DNA of 64,000 nt from an uncultured Acidimicrobiia bacterium (GTDB lineage Bacteria > Actinomycetota > Acidimicrobiia > Spongiisociales > UBA11373): positions 18,175 through 82,174 of the forward strand of contig CAZEHO010000002.1 of the NCBI GenBank assembly GCA_964511945.1, given 5' to 3'. The position numbers and the translations under genes are program-made. Positions 1-8,947 of the stretch are shown in pieces (the first letter of the stretch is position 1; each line of letters opens with the position of its first letter). A model generated the notes under the pieces. It did no database searches, was not told the DNA's origin, and saw only the letters and a list, made by a program, of their open reading frames with translations.

Positions 1-241
1 TGGTCGGTGCGACAGGATCCGCGCCGCCGCCCACCCGCTCTGCTCTGAGCAACCCGGTGAGATCGGCCACATCCACGTCCGCCTCGAACACCATCAGGAC
101 CGTGCCGGTCTCGCCCTGCTGAACGACGTCGGGACGAGGTGACATCTCGAACGGCGGCAGGTCGTCGGCGGCGCCGGCCTGGGCTGGGCTCAGGGACAGC
201 AGCACCGTCGTCATCAGTGTGCAGAGGCCGGTTCGCATCAT
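1..241 (-). CDS. partial CDS, N-terminal part of a secreted protein (signal peptide MMRTGLCTLMTTVLLSLSPAQAGA); 3' part lies outside the window
   Basis: Minus-strand translation from the ATG at 239-241 gives a signal-peptide-like N-terminus (positive n-region, hydrophobic core, AQA cleavage motif). The reading frame stays open to the window edge. Confidence 0.3.
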   Translation of the reverse strand, partial: MMRTGLCTLMTTVLLSLSPAQAGAADDLPPFEMSPRPDVVQQGETGTVLMVFEADVDVADLTGLLRAERVGGGADPVAPT

Positions 242-390
242 CGGCGTCTCCCCGGTAGGCCTCCCTTCGAACGCTACCCGGTGCCATTGCGGGGGCAGTC
301 TCGGAGCCGATCGACACGGGCGAGAAGCGGCATCGGAGGCCTCGGAGCGCAATCGCGTTTCTGTCATACCCACCCCCAATAATTGAACGT

Positions 391-1656
391 ATGTTCGGTC
401 ATGGGGGTGTCCCGTTCGATCTCGAGGAGATCCCCTTCAACCTCGACAGGCTCTCCCCCGGTGGACCCCTCACCGCCCTACTGGCATCCGTCGACCTCCA
501 GCAGATCTCGGGTCACGACCGCGTCGTCATGTTGAAGCACCTCCAACGCATGGCCTCCCACTACCAAGCCCAGGTATGCGCCGCCATCGCCGCGATCGCA
601 GAACACATGGAGAACGCGGAGTTCCCTGATGATCCCGACCTGGCATGGCAGGCCACCGCCACCGAGGTCGGGACAGCTCTCCATCTCACTCGCCGTGCCG
701 CCGAGTCGGAACTCGAGGTGGCTTTGCAGCTGAAGCGGCGCCTCCCCCGAGTCTGGAACGCCCTCCTTCGCGGCAGCATCGATCGGGCACGGGCCCGAGT
801 CATCGCAGACAACACTGCACATCTCGATGAGAACACTGCACGTCGGGTTGTCGACGCGGTCATCGAAGACGCTGCAGGACTCACCACCGGGCAGTTGGCA
901 GCACGGGTTCGGCGCCTCACCATCGAAACCGACCCCGACACCGCTCAGGCCCGCTATGAGGAAGCAGTCGATCGGCGCCGCGTCGTGTTGGAAGCCGGCC
1001 CTGATGGCACCGCCACCCTCACCGGAATCGACCTGCCCCCGGACCGGGCGGTAGCTGCCACCAACCACATCAACCGGCTGGCCAAGCAACTCAACCGTCA
1101 AGGTGACCCCCGCCCCATCGACCAACTCCGCGCCGACGTCTACCTCAACCTCCTCACCGGGAATCCTGCCGAGGGCAAGGGCGGGGTTGTCGAGATCACC
1201 GTCGATCTCACCACCCTCACCGAACTCTCCCACTCACCCGCCGAACTGGCCGGCTACGGACCGGTCATCGCCGACATCGCCCGCCAAATCACCAACGCCC
1301 AAACCAACGGTGAATGGCGCTTCACCATCACCGACCCCAACAGCCGCCTCCCCATCCACGACGGCACCACCCGAAGGCGCCCCACCACCCACCAACGCCG
1401 CAGCGTCACCGCCCGGGACCGCACCTGCATCTTCCCCGGATGCCGCATGCCCGCCACCAACTGCGACCTCGATCACCGCAGACCCTTTGCTGAACACCCC
1501 GAGACATCAACCGATGGGCTCGCACCCCTCCTCCGCCGCCACCACCACACCACCCGGCACCGCCAAGGATGGACCTACCAACCCCTCCCCAACGGCGACT
1601 ACCTCTGGACCAGCCCCCTCGGCCACCAGCACACCACCAGCGGCAAACCCCCATAG
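391..1656 (+). CDS. DUF222 domain protein with C-terminal HNH endonuclease motif (REP13E12-family-like)
   Basis: ORF track 421 aa. The C-terminus CIFPGCRMPATNCDLDHRRPFAEHPETSTDGLAPLLRRHHHTTRHRQGW is the HNH signature of DUF222/13E12-repeat proteins of actinobacteria. Confidence 0.8.
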   Translation: MFGHGGVPFDLEEIPFNLDRLSPGGPLTALLASVDLQQISGHDRVVMLKHLQRMASHYQAQVCAAIAAIAEHMENAEFPDDPDLAWQATATEVGTALHLTRRAAESELEVALQLKRRLPRVWNALLRGSIDRARARVIADNTAHLDENTARRVVDAVIEDAAGLTTGQLAARVRRLTIETDPDTAQARYEEAVDRRRVVLEAGPDGTATLTGIDLPPDRAVAATNHINRLAKQLNRQGDPRPIDQLRADVYLNLLTGNPAEGKGGVVEITVDLTTLTELSHSPAELAGYGPVIADIARQITNAQTNGEWRFTITDPNSRLPIHDGTTRRRPTTHQRRSVTARDRTCIFPGCRMPATNCDLDHRRPFAEHPETSTDGLAPLLRRHHHTTRHRQGWTYQPLPNGDYLWTSPLGHQHTTSGKPP

Positions 1657-1726
1657 TGAAATCAGGATCCCTGACGCGCGGTGGGATCCATGGGCCCGGC
1701 GGCGCCGCCCGGTAGCCTCGCCGGTC

Positions 1727-2545
1727 ATGCCGCAAGACCGCTGGGCCAGCAACGACGTCATCGCCGACGATCTCGAGAAGGACTCGTACCCGACACTCGA
1801 AGGACCGATGGGCATGGAACTCACGCATCGCTCATCGGGGACCAAGGGGACGGTGGTTGCGTTCACCCAGGGTGCCAGGGTCATCCTCGAGGACCCCGTC
1901 GGCGGTCGCCACGAGTTCAAGCCGTACGACGGTTCGTTCGCCCACCGCGGAACCCCCGTTGCCCTCCGGGCGGGCACAGCGACGCAGTCTCGGCAGCAGC
2001 GTGGAGTCACCGCTTCGGGGTCGATCGACATCGGGCCCGTTGACGCCCGTGTCGCCCGCGCCGGGCGCATCTGGGTCGAAGGCATCCACGACGCCGAACT
2101 GATCGAGAGGATCTGGGGGGATGACCTGCGGATCGAGGGTGTGGTCGTCGAGCCGATCCACGGTGCCGACGAATTGCCGCAGATGGTCACAACCTTCGCC
2201 CCGGCGCCGAACCGACGGCTCGGCATCTTGCTGGATCACCTGGTCGATGGGTCGAAGGAGGCCCGTATCGCAGCCCGGGTTGCAGGCCCTCAGGTCCTGG
2301 TGACCGGCCATCCGTACGTCGATATCTGGGAAGCAATCCGCCCGCATGTAATCGGCATTGAGTCATGGCCCTCGGTGCCCCGGGGGGTCCCGTGGAAGGA
2401 CGGCGTGATCTCAGCACTTGGGGTACGGGCCGAGCCGGGAGCGTTCTGGCGGTCGGTGCTCGGCAAGGTGTCGACCTACCGGGACGTTGAGACCCCGTTG
2501 ATCACAGCGATGGAGAGGCTGATCGATTTCGTGACAGGCGGCTGA
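1727..2545 (+). CDS. DUF3097 family protein
   Basis: In-frame ATG at 1727 inside ORF 1103..2545. The upstream part of that ORF is a Pro/Ser/Thr-rich out-of-frame read-through of the DUF222 gene. The C-terminal ~270 aa (GGRHEFKPYDGSFAHRG...GHPYVDIWEAIRP) match actinobacterial DUF3097 proteins. Confidence 0.7.
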   Translation: MPQDRWASNDVIADDLEKDSYPTLEGPMGMELTHRSSGTKGTVVAFTQGARVILEDPVGGRHEFKPYDGSFAHRGTPVALRAGTATQSRQQRGVTASGSIDIGPVDARVARAGRIWVEGIHDAELIERIWGDDLRIEGVVVEPIHGADELPQMVTTFAPAPNRRLGILLDHLVDGSKEARIAARVAGPQVLVTGHPYVDIWEAIRPHVIGIESWPSVPRGVPWKDGVISALGVRAEPGAFWRSVLGKVSTYRDVETPLITAMERLIDFVTGG

Positions 2546-2850
2546 CCGCGACCCCGTACTGACCCAGGATGACGATCGCCCCGGTCACCGAACCCCCGAT
2601 CCCGACCGAATAGCCTGGACGTCGCAGGACGGGACCCTGGCGATCACCGGTCCGTTCGGGACTCTGGCCGGGGGTGAGGTATTCGACTCCGAATGGTTCG
2701 CCGCCGCCTGGTGGTCTCCGGATGGGATGACGTGGGCCCGGGTCGAGGAGGGCGATCCGGTTCTCTGGGAGGGCGAGAGCCGGCGCGGGATCCTGACCAT
2801 GACGGCGAATGCAGACGCGGTGATCGCTTTGGGCTACGGCCTGCTCGACG

Positions 2851-3477
2851 GTGCTCACGGCCCCGTGGCGTGGCGGACGGTTCCCGACCGGTAGCCTGCT
2901 CGCCGTGGAACTCGAATCCTGGACCGCCGCCGTTAGGCATGTTCCGAGGCGTCTGCGGACCTTCATCCTCCCGCCCGACCGCGGCGTGATCCCGGTACGG
3001 GAGCTCCGCTCGATGGCGTTGAGCTTCGGCATGTTGCTTCTCCTGTTGGCTGCGGTGCTGTCGGTCTCAGGACTGTCCGATGACGAACCCACGATGTTGG
3101 GCTGGATGGTGTTCCTCGCCGCCGGTGTGGGCAGCACTCTGGGAACGGTGGTCGCTTTCCGATCACGAGCGGCGGCGGTGATCACGGCCCGCAAACCGGA
3201 GGAGGCGGATCGCGCTTACGCCGTCCGGTTCTCCGTGTCTGCTGGCCTCGCCATGACGCCGAGCCTGGTGGCCATCGTTGTGGGGCTATGGCAGGGCCAT
3301 CTGCTCCCGTTCTGGGTCGCGGTTCCCCTCTCCGCCGGGTTGCTGGCATTCGTCGCGCCCTGGGCCCGGGACGTGCGTTCGTTGCAGACGCGAATGGACC
3401 GGGTCGACCTAGGGGCTGCCTTGATGACACCGCGGACCTGGTCGGCACGAGACGAGGCAGCCCGGCGGCGTTCCTGA
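2851..3477 (+). CDS. hypothetical integral membrane protein
   Basis: 208-aa ORF with several hydrophobic helices (LLLLLAAVLSVSGL, VFLAAGVGSTLGTVVAF, LVAIVVGLWQG...). No recognisable family. Confidence 0.4.
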   Translation: MLTAPWRGGRFPTGSLLAVELESWTAAVRHVPRRLRTFILPPDRGVIPVRELRSMALSFGMLLLLLAAVLSVSGLSDDEPTMLGWMVFLAAGVGSTLGTVVAFRSRAAAVITARKPEEADRAYAVRFSVSAGLAMTPSLVAIVVGLWQGHLLPFWVAVPLSAGLLAFVAPWARDVRSLQTRMDRVDLGAALMTPRTWSARDEAARRRS

Positions 3478-3534
3478 TAGTCGGTTGAGAGCCCTATTCC
3501 TCATACCCCGGGAGGCGGATCGCTTCCGGCTCGG

Positions 3535-3921
3535 ATGGACACGGCCGAACATTCGCTCTCCTTCGATGCGCTCGACCCTGAGCCGGTGCTCCCATCCCGT
3601 GTCGGGCGTGTTCTGCTCACTGCCCTCACCGCCGGCGTGCTCGCCGAATTGGCGATCCATCCGGTTCTCTTCGACGGGGCGGCACCGGGCCGGGGTTTGA
3701 CCGTCTTCTTTCTGCTTCCGATCATTGTTCTGCTCAACGGGCGGTGGTTGATCGGAGCGACTTCAATCACGACGGCAGTTTGGATGCGCTGTTCGTCGGG
3801 ATTTCGGGGGGTCGCTTCTGTGTCTCGGCGATGGCTTCGGAGGCTTCTTCTGCACGGACATCGCGTCACGGCTGACCGACGACCGCGGCTTCGATATCGA
3901 CAGGATGCTTGCGGACGGTGA
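3535..3921 (+). CDS. hypothetical small membrane protein
   Basis: 128-aa ORF with two hydrophobic segments. Weak support. Confidence 0.25.
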   Translation: MDTAEHSLSFDALDPEPVLPSRVGRVLLTALTAGVLAELAIHPVLFDGAAPGRGLTVFFLLPIIVLLNGRWLIGATSITTAVWMRCSSGFRGVASVSRRWLRRLLLHGHRVTADRRPRLRYRQDACGR

Positions 3922-3955
3922 CGTTTGGGGTCTCGAAGGCAGCCTGGGCTGATCG

Positions 3956-5005
3956 CTAGGGCGCCTGGCGTCCCATTGCCCTGTGGATCACGCGTATCGG
4001 ACGTGCTGCCAGCCGCATCGTCTGACCGATCGCGGTGGGGGCGTAGGCGGTCAACTCCACGATGTGGCGGGCGGCCTTGGTCCACTCCAGCTTCCACGGC
4101 TCGGCGTTGCCGGCGAATTCGTAGGTCTCGAGCCCGGCACCGAACGCCCGCTCGATCATCTCGACACGGAGCAGGCTTCCCGGAGCGGATCCCCGGTACT
4201 CCGGGTCGTACCCCGTCTTCAGCAAGTAGTGGCGGCGGTCATCCTGGATGCAGTAGTCGAACGCGATGGGGCGGCCGTCGATCCTTAGAAACGCAAGCCG
4301 CAGCCAGCCTTCCCCCGCCGCCCAGTGAGCAGCCTCCCGGTAGAGCCGCTCGATGGCCGGATTCGAGGCGATTGCAGTGCCCTCCCCGCCCTTCCAACCG
4401 GCAGCTTCGACGGCAAACCCCTCGGTGAGGAGTGCGTCGAGATTGCCGGAGCCGTCGTAGACCTCGATGGTCACCCGCCCCGCCTCTTCGAGCCGCCGGC
4501 GACGGCGCCGCAGGTCCGAGCGCTTCTTGGCGGGAAGCGACCGGGAGTAGGCCTCCCAACCGTCGGACAGATCGATAAACGGGGACTCCATGCGAGGCCG
4601 GCACTCGATCGTGAACCCGGCCCGGTCCAGTTCCGATCGGAGGACCCGAAACGTTGAGCCGGCGGCATCGAGGAAGCCGAGCACGATCTTGTGGGCCCCG
4701 CCGTTCGCCAACTCAGCGGCGAGATCCCCGAGCGCGGCGTCATCGGTGGCGGCGGCCTCAAAAACCGGACAGTGCCAGTCGGTCGGCGTCGCCAGGGTTC
4801 CGCCTCTGCGCAGCATCGGAAGGACCGCAGCGTGACCGTTCACGGGTCCTGCCGTGATCAGTGAGATCCGGCGGCGGCCGGCCCACGCCTGTACCCACCC
4901 GGGATGGGTGAACGGGACTGCGGCGGTGTCGGCTGCGAGGCGTTCCCAAGCCCGTACCATGATGGGGGTGAGTTCTCCCGCGAGCACGGCGGTCACCAAC
5001 GACAT
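3956..5005 (-). CDS. GNAT-superfamily N-acetyltransferase, FemAB/BioF2-like (Acetyltransf_6, CelD-like)
   Basis: 349 aa. The C-terminal motif YLLKTGYDPEYRGSAPGSLLRVEMIERAFGAGLETYEFAG is typical of the FemAB-like GNAT family. Confidence 0.7.
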   Translation of the reverse strand: MSLVTAVLAGELTPIMVRAWERLAADTAAVPFTHPGWVQAWAGRRRISLITAGPVNGHAAVLPMLRRGGTLATPTDWHCPVFEAAATDDAALGDLAAELANGGAHKIVLGFLDAAGSTFRVLRSELDRAGFTIECRPRMESPFIDLSDGWEAYSRSLPAKKRSDLRRRRRRLEEAGRVTIEVYDGSGNLDALLTEGFAVEAAGWKGGEGTAIASNPAIERLYREAAHWAAGEGWLRLAFLRIDGRPIAFDYCIQDDRRHYLLKTGYDPEYRGSAPGSLLRVEMIERAFGAGLETYEFAGNAEPWKLEWTKAARHIVELTAYAPTAIGQTMRLAARPIRVIHRAMGRQAP

Positions 5006-5059
5006 GTCCGACCAATCGGCCGTAGCGCTGCGCGACCTAAGGAAGTGGTGGATTGCCGG

Positions 5060-5326
5060 CTACAGCCGGAGGAAGAGTTTCTCCAACTCCAGGGGCGTGT
5101 AGCCCTCGTCGGCGGCCACATCCGGATCGGCCAGACATTGGGTGAGGGTTTGCGAAACGAACTGATATCCGGCTCGCCGCAGCGCCTGCGTGGCAGCTGC
5201 GAACTGAGTCGCTACATCGCGGCATTCACGGCCTTCTTCGAGCATGCCGGCGATCCCCCGGATCTGCCCCTCGACCCGGTGGAGGCGGCGGATGAGATCG
5301 CTGCGTTCTGCTTCATCGAGTTGCAT
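5060..5326 (-). CDS. CsoR/RcnR-family metal-sensing transcriptional repressor (DUF156)
   Basis: In-frame ATG at 5326 gives an 88-aa protein MQLDEAERSDLIRRLHRVEGQIRGIAGMLEEGRECRDVATQ...QCL with the conserved CsoR helices and a Cys/His ligand pattern. Confidence 0.8.
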   Translation of the reverse strand: MQLDEAERSDLIRRLHRVEGQIRGIAGMLEEGRECRDVATQFAAATQALRRAGYQFVSQTLTQCLADPDVAADEGYTPLELEKLFLRL

Positions 5327-5340
5327 GCGGTGACTCCTGA

Positions 5341-5354
5341 TACCCCGTGGGGTA
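5341..5354. promoter_or_regulatory. candidate CsoR-type operator, inverted repeat TACCCCGTGGGGTA
   Basis: A perfect TACCCC-N2-GGGGTA palindrome 15 nt upstream of the CsoR-family start, in the 41-nt divergent gap. It resembles known CsoR operators (TACCC...GGGTA). Confidence 0.45.
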
Positions 5355-5367
5355 ATCGTACTCCACG

Positions 5368-6420
5368 GTGGACGCTCCCGAATCCGTGACTCTTGCCGGC
5401 CGGTACGCTGGGCTCGTGCTCGACGCACCACCCGAATACGCCCCACCGATGCGATCGCCGGCTCCGGCGAGCGAGAACGACTTCACCTCACCGTCGGTCA
5501 CCCGTATCGGTGTCTCCGAGACGATCGGGTCGGGGATCCGCCGGGTGTGCGTGCAGCGGCTGGATCGGGCGATTGCCGGGTTGACGCAGAGCGACGACCG
5601 TGACGTCGGGGTTCACACCGCCCGCAAATCGATGAAGCGCATCCGGGCGATGATTCGTTTCGTCCGGGACCGGGTCGGTTACGAGGTGTACCGCAACGAA
5701 AACGTCGTTCTTCGCGACACGGCACGGCGGATCGCTCCGGTACGTGACAGTGCCGTGCTCGTCGAGACCCTCGATGAAATCTCCGAACGCAACCGAACAG
5801 GCCTCAAGGACGATGCGTTCGTCGACGTCAGGGAGCGGCTCAGCGATCGGCATTGGGCCATCAGCAGACGCATCCTCGACGACCCGCAGCTCGTGGCCGA
5901 GGTGGTCACCAACCTCCGGGTGGCCCGGCGGCGGTTCCTGGCGTGGCCGGCCGACGTGCCGGGAGCATCGCTCGAGGTGCCCGATCGGTACGACGCCGTT
6001 GCTGATGGGATCCACCGGGTGTATCGGCGGGGCAGGACCCGGATGGCAGATGCGTATCGAGATCGAACGACCTTCGCCTTCCATCAATGGCGCAAGCGAG
6101 TGAAATACCTGCGCTACCAGATGGAGGCTCTCGAGTCGCTGTGGCCGGAGGTCATCGGCGCCTATGCCCGGAGCGTCGATGAGCTCGGCGAGTCGCTCGG
6201 GTTCGAGCACGACCTGGCCATGCTGGAGCACACGCTGGTGCACGACCCGTCACTGTGCCCGGACCCGGAGGAGCGCCGGCTCCTCGGGGCTCTCGTCCTG
6301 CATGAGCGCGCTGTGCTCCGCCATGCCGCCGCGAAGCTCGGCAAGCTGGTCTATGCCGAGGATCCGGAAGTGTTCGTCGGCCGGGTCGGGAGCTACTGGG
6401 GTGCTTCCCGGGCGGGGTAG
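5368..6420 (+). CDS. CHAD domain-containing protein
   Basis: 350 aa with the conserved His/Arg-rich alpha-helical CHAD pattern (HTARKSMKRIRAMIRF..., FHQWRKRVKYLRYQMEAL). Confidence 0.8.
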   Translation: MDAPESVTLAGRYAGLVLDAPPEYAPPMRSPAPASENDFTSPSVTRIGVSETIGSGIRRVCVQRLDRAIAGLTQSDDRDVGVHTARKSMKRIRAMIRFVRDRVGYEVYRNENVVLRDTARRIAPVRDSAVLVETLDEISERNRTGLKDDAFVDVRERLSDRHWAISRRILDDPQLVAEVVTNLRVARRRFLAWPADVPGASLEVPDRYDAVADGIHRVYRRGRTRMADAYRDRTTFAFHQWRKRVKYLRYQMEALESLWPEVIGAYARSVDELGESLGFEHDLAMLEHTLVHDPSLCPDPEERRLLGALVLHERAVLRHAAAKLGKLVYAEDPEVFVGRVGSYWGASRAG

Positions 6421-6435
6421 GTCACATCCGGCCCG

Positions 6436-7806
6436 ATGCTGTCTACGCTGATGACCCAGTTGATGCGATTCCGATCTGCCGCCCCACTCCTCAGCCTGGT
6501 CCTGGCGCTTGCTCTCCTCGGCGCCGCCTGTGGTGACGACGCGGCCGATCTGACGACGACCATCGCATCCTCGACCACCGCGCCGGAGGAGACGCCGACC
6601 ACCCTGCCGATCTCGCCGGACGGCAACGCAGGTGACGCCGGCGACGAGGTGGCGGCGCTGGTCCCGATCATCGAGGAGTTGCGCGGTCTGCGTTTCCTGG
6701 ATGTTCCCGAAGTCACGGTCCTCAACGAGGAGGAACTGGGTTCTCGCATTCAGGAGAAGATCCTGTCGAAGATCGACCCGGCGGAGCTAGCGGTCGACCA
6801 GGCCTATCTGGAGTTGCTCGGGATGCTGGACGGGTCGGTCGACCTCGCCACGGCGCTACCGGCGCTGTACGCCGAGCAGATCGGTGGGTTCTACGACGGC
6901 GACACCGACGAGATGGTGGTCCTTGGCGGCCAGGAGATCACCCCGCTCACCAGGATGATCATGGTGCACGAGCTGATCCATGCCCTCACCGATCAGCACT
7001 TCGGCTGGTACGACACCGTCACCGCCCTCTCCGACGCCGAGCGCCACGAGGAATCGGTCGCCCTCCAAGCTCTGTACGAGGGTGACGCCACCTACTTCCA
7101 GGTCGTCTACATGCAGGCGCTGCCCGCCAACGATCAGCTCGTGGTCGCCGCCGAGTTGTTCGGATTCGACACCTCGGTCGCCGACAGTCTCCCTGCGTGG
7201 TTGAACGCCGATTTGGCCTTCGCCTATGACGCCGGATTCGCCTTCGTGACCCGCCTCGTTGCCGACGGTGGGATTGCCGCGGTCGACCAGGCCTACCGCC
7301 ACATCCCGGAGACCACCGAGCAGATCCTGGATCCTCCCGCCTACTTCACATTCGAGCCGGGTCGTCCGGTGGTGCTGCTCGACACCAGCCTGGCCGGCTA
7401 CGAGGTGCACGCGGAAGGCACCTTCGGGCAGTGGAACCTCTCGCTGCTCATCGAGAATGCCCTCGGGGTCGGCAATGCCGCCGTTGCCTCGGACGGATGG
7501 GGAGGGGATGAGTACCGGATCCTGAGTTCGGGGACCGAGATTGCATTCATGCTCCACTACGAGGGTGACACTCCCAGGGACGCCGAGGAGCTCGAGGCAG
7601 CTCTGCTCGAGACGATCGACGAAGCCATGGCGGTAGGCGGTGGGTCTGCCGACGACGATGCGCAGTCCACGACCTTCACCGGCGCGGACTACGCATTCGT
7701 CCAGCGTGTCGGGTCGACGGTGGTCTTCGTGGCTGCGTCGGACCCGATTGCCGGCACTGCACTGGTGGAAATGTTGCAGATGGCACCGCCGGCAGACGGC
7801 ACCTAG
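6436..7806 (+). CDS. secreted lipoprotein, putative HExxH zinc metallopeptidase
   Basis: Signal peptide plus lipobox (LLGAACGDD), a Thr/Pro-rich linker, and an HELIH motif (MIMVHELIHALTDQHFG). Confidence 0.65.
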   Translation: MLSTLMTQLMRFRSAAPLLSLVLALALLGAACGDDAADLTTTIASSTTAPEETPTTLPISPDGNAGDAGDEVAALVPIIEELRGLRFLDVPEVTVLNEEELGSRIQEKILSKIDPAELAVDQAYLELLGMLDGSVDLATALPALYAEQIGGFYDGDTDEMVVLGGQEITPLTRMIMVHELIHALTDQHFGWYDTVTALSDAERHEESVALQALYEGDATYFQVVYMQALPANDQLVVAAELFGFDTSVADSLPAWLNADLAFAYDAGFAFVTRLVADGGIAAVDQAYRHIPETTEQILDPPAYFTFEPGRPVVLLDTSLAGYEVHAEGTFGQWNLSLLIENALGVGNAAVASDGWGGDEYRILSSGTEIAFMLHYEGDTPRDAEELEAALLETIDEAMAVGGGSADDDAQSTTFTGADYAFVQRVGSTVVFVAASDPIAGTALVEMLQMAPPADGT

Positions 7807-7881
7807 CCACCGTCAATACGCCGCGCCCGGTTTCACCGTGCCACAATGACCTGTCAGTAGTGACAACTCGGGACGGGGGTC

Positions 7882-8379
7882 ATGGACTTCAACAAGTTTT
7901 GGAACAGCCTGTCGTTGGGGGGCAAGATCGGCGGAATCGCCGGGATCGTGCTGATCATCAACCTCTTCCTGCCTTGGTACGGCTTCAGCGGGTTCGGTGT
8001 CAGCTCCAGCATCAGTGCCTTTGACTCGGGATTCTTTGCCTGGTCCGGGTCCCTGCTGGCAATCGCCGGTGCAGTCCTGCTGCTGCTCAGCGAGGTCGGG
8101 AACTCCCAGATCAAGGCCGGACGCCTGAGCGGCAGCCAACTCGGTCTGTTGCTGGCCGGGCTCGGCACGCTCTTCGTCGTGCTGCGCTGGCTCACGGAGA
8201 CGAACTTCGTGAAGTTCGGCCTGTTCCTGGGAATCATCGGCGCAGCCGCAGTGACGTACGGCTGCTTCGCCAGTCTCCAAGCCTCGGGTGAGGGCATGCC
8301 CTCGGCCGATGACTTCAAGTCGTTTGGTGGAGGTGGAGGCGATGACGACGCGCCCCCGCCGCCCCCGCCGCCGGCGTAG
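7882..8379 (+). CDS. hypothetical membrane protein with poly-Pro C-terminus
   Basis: 165 aa, four hydrophobic helices, ends in GGGGDDDAPPPPPPPA. Confidence 0.5.
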   Translation: MDFNKFWNSLSLGGKIGGIAGIVLIINLFLPWYGFSGFGVSSSISAFDSGFFAWSGSLLAIAGAVLLLLSEVGNSQIKAGRLSGSQLGLLLAGLGTLFVVLRWLTETNFVKFGLFLGIIGAAAVTYGCFASLQASGEGMPSADDFKSFGGGGGDDDAPPPPPPPA

Positions 8380-8400
8380 AACACATCGGGCAACATCTGT

Positions 8401-8422
8401 GGAGGGCCCTTCGGGGCCCTCC
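8401..8422. terminator. GC-rich hairpin GGAGGGCCC-TTCG-GGGCCCTCC between convergent genes
   Basis: A perfect 9-bp stem with a TTCG tetraloop seen directly in the sequence, 22 nt after the stop of the 7882..8379 gene. No U-tract follows, which is common in high-GC actinobacteria. Confidence 0.5.
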
Positions 8423-8511
8423 ATCGCGTAAGGGTCTTCCCATCGGGGTGCCGACCGACCTAATTTGAGCGCGCGTCAACCCCAACGCAGCAGATCGGAA
8501 ACGGGCGCGGG

Positions 8512-8598
8512 CTACTTGCCCCGACCGGCGTTGGGGCGGCGGCCGTGATTGGCCTTGCGACGGCGGGCGCGCAGTCTGCGCCGCTTTGCTTTCGCCAT
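8512..8598 (-). CDS. very small Arg/Lys-rich ORF (MAKAKRRRLRARRRKANHGRRPNAGRGK); possible small ribosome-associated basic protein (bS22-like?), reality uncertain
   Basis: Hand-translated minus-strand ORF of 28 codons, convergent with the hairpin at 8401-8422. Its composition resembles actinobacterial bS22-type peptides, but the conserved GSVIKKRRKRM core is absent and there is no clear SD. Confidence 0.2.
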   Translation of the reverse strand: MAKAKRRRLRARRRKANHGRRPNAGRGK

Positions 8599-8947
8599 GG
8601 CGGGGAGGGTACCGGGAGATGCCGGCACGACCCAAACAGATGCTGATCGCGGGCCCCCGGGGGTGGGCGGCAGGCCCGGTGGATCACGGCACCGGCTGCC
8701 GCCTCAGGTGGAAGGGTCTCCGGGGGGCCGATCATGATCACGGCCTCCTGCTGAGGACACGATCCATCCACGGTTTCGGGCTGCGGGGCTCGCTCTGGGC
8801 GATTGCTCTCGGCCCTGATCTGTTGGTTCGTTCGGTCGGCCTCCTGCAACGTCGCGGGCTCGTGGTCGACCCGGCGGCAAGCTGGTTTCTCGAGATCCCT
8901 TGTTCATGGGAACCGCCGGTTCCCGGATGGCGGCTTATGGTGGAGCT

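Noticed and set aside
1103-1726. N-terminal 208 aa of ORF 1103..2545 (Pro/Ser/Thr-rich)
   Set aside because: Out-of-frame overlap of the DUF222-HNH gene; the DUF3097 homology starts only at the ATG at 1727.
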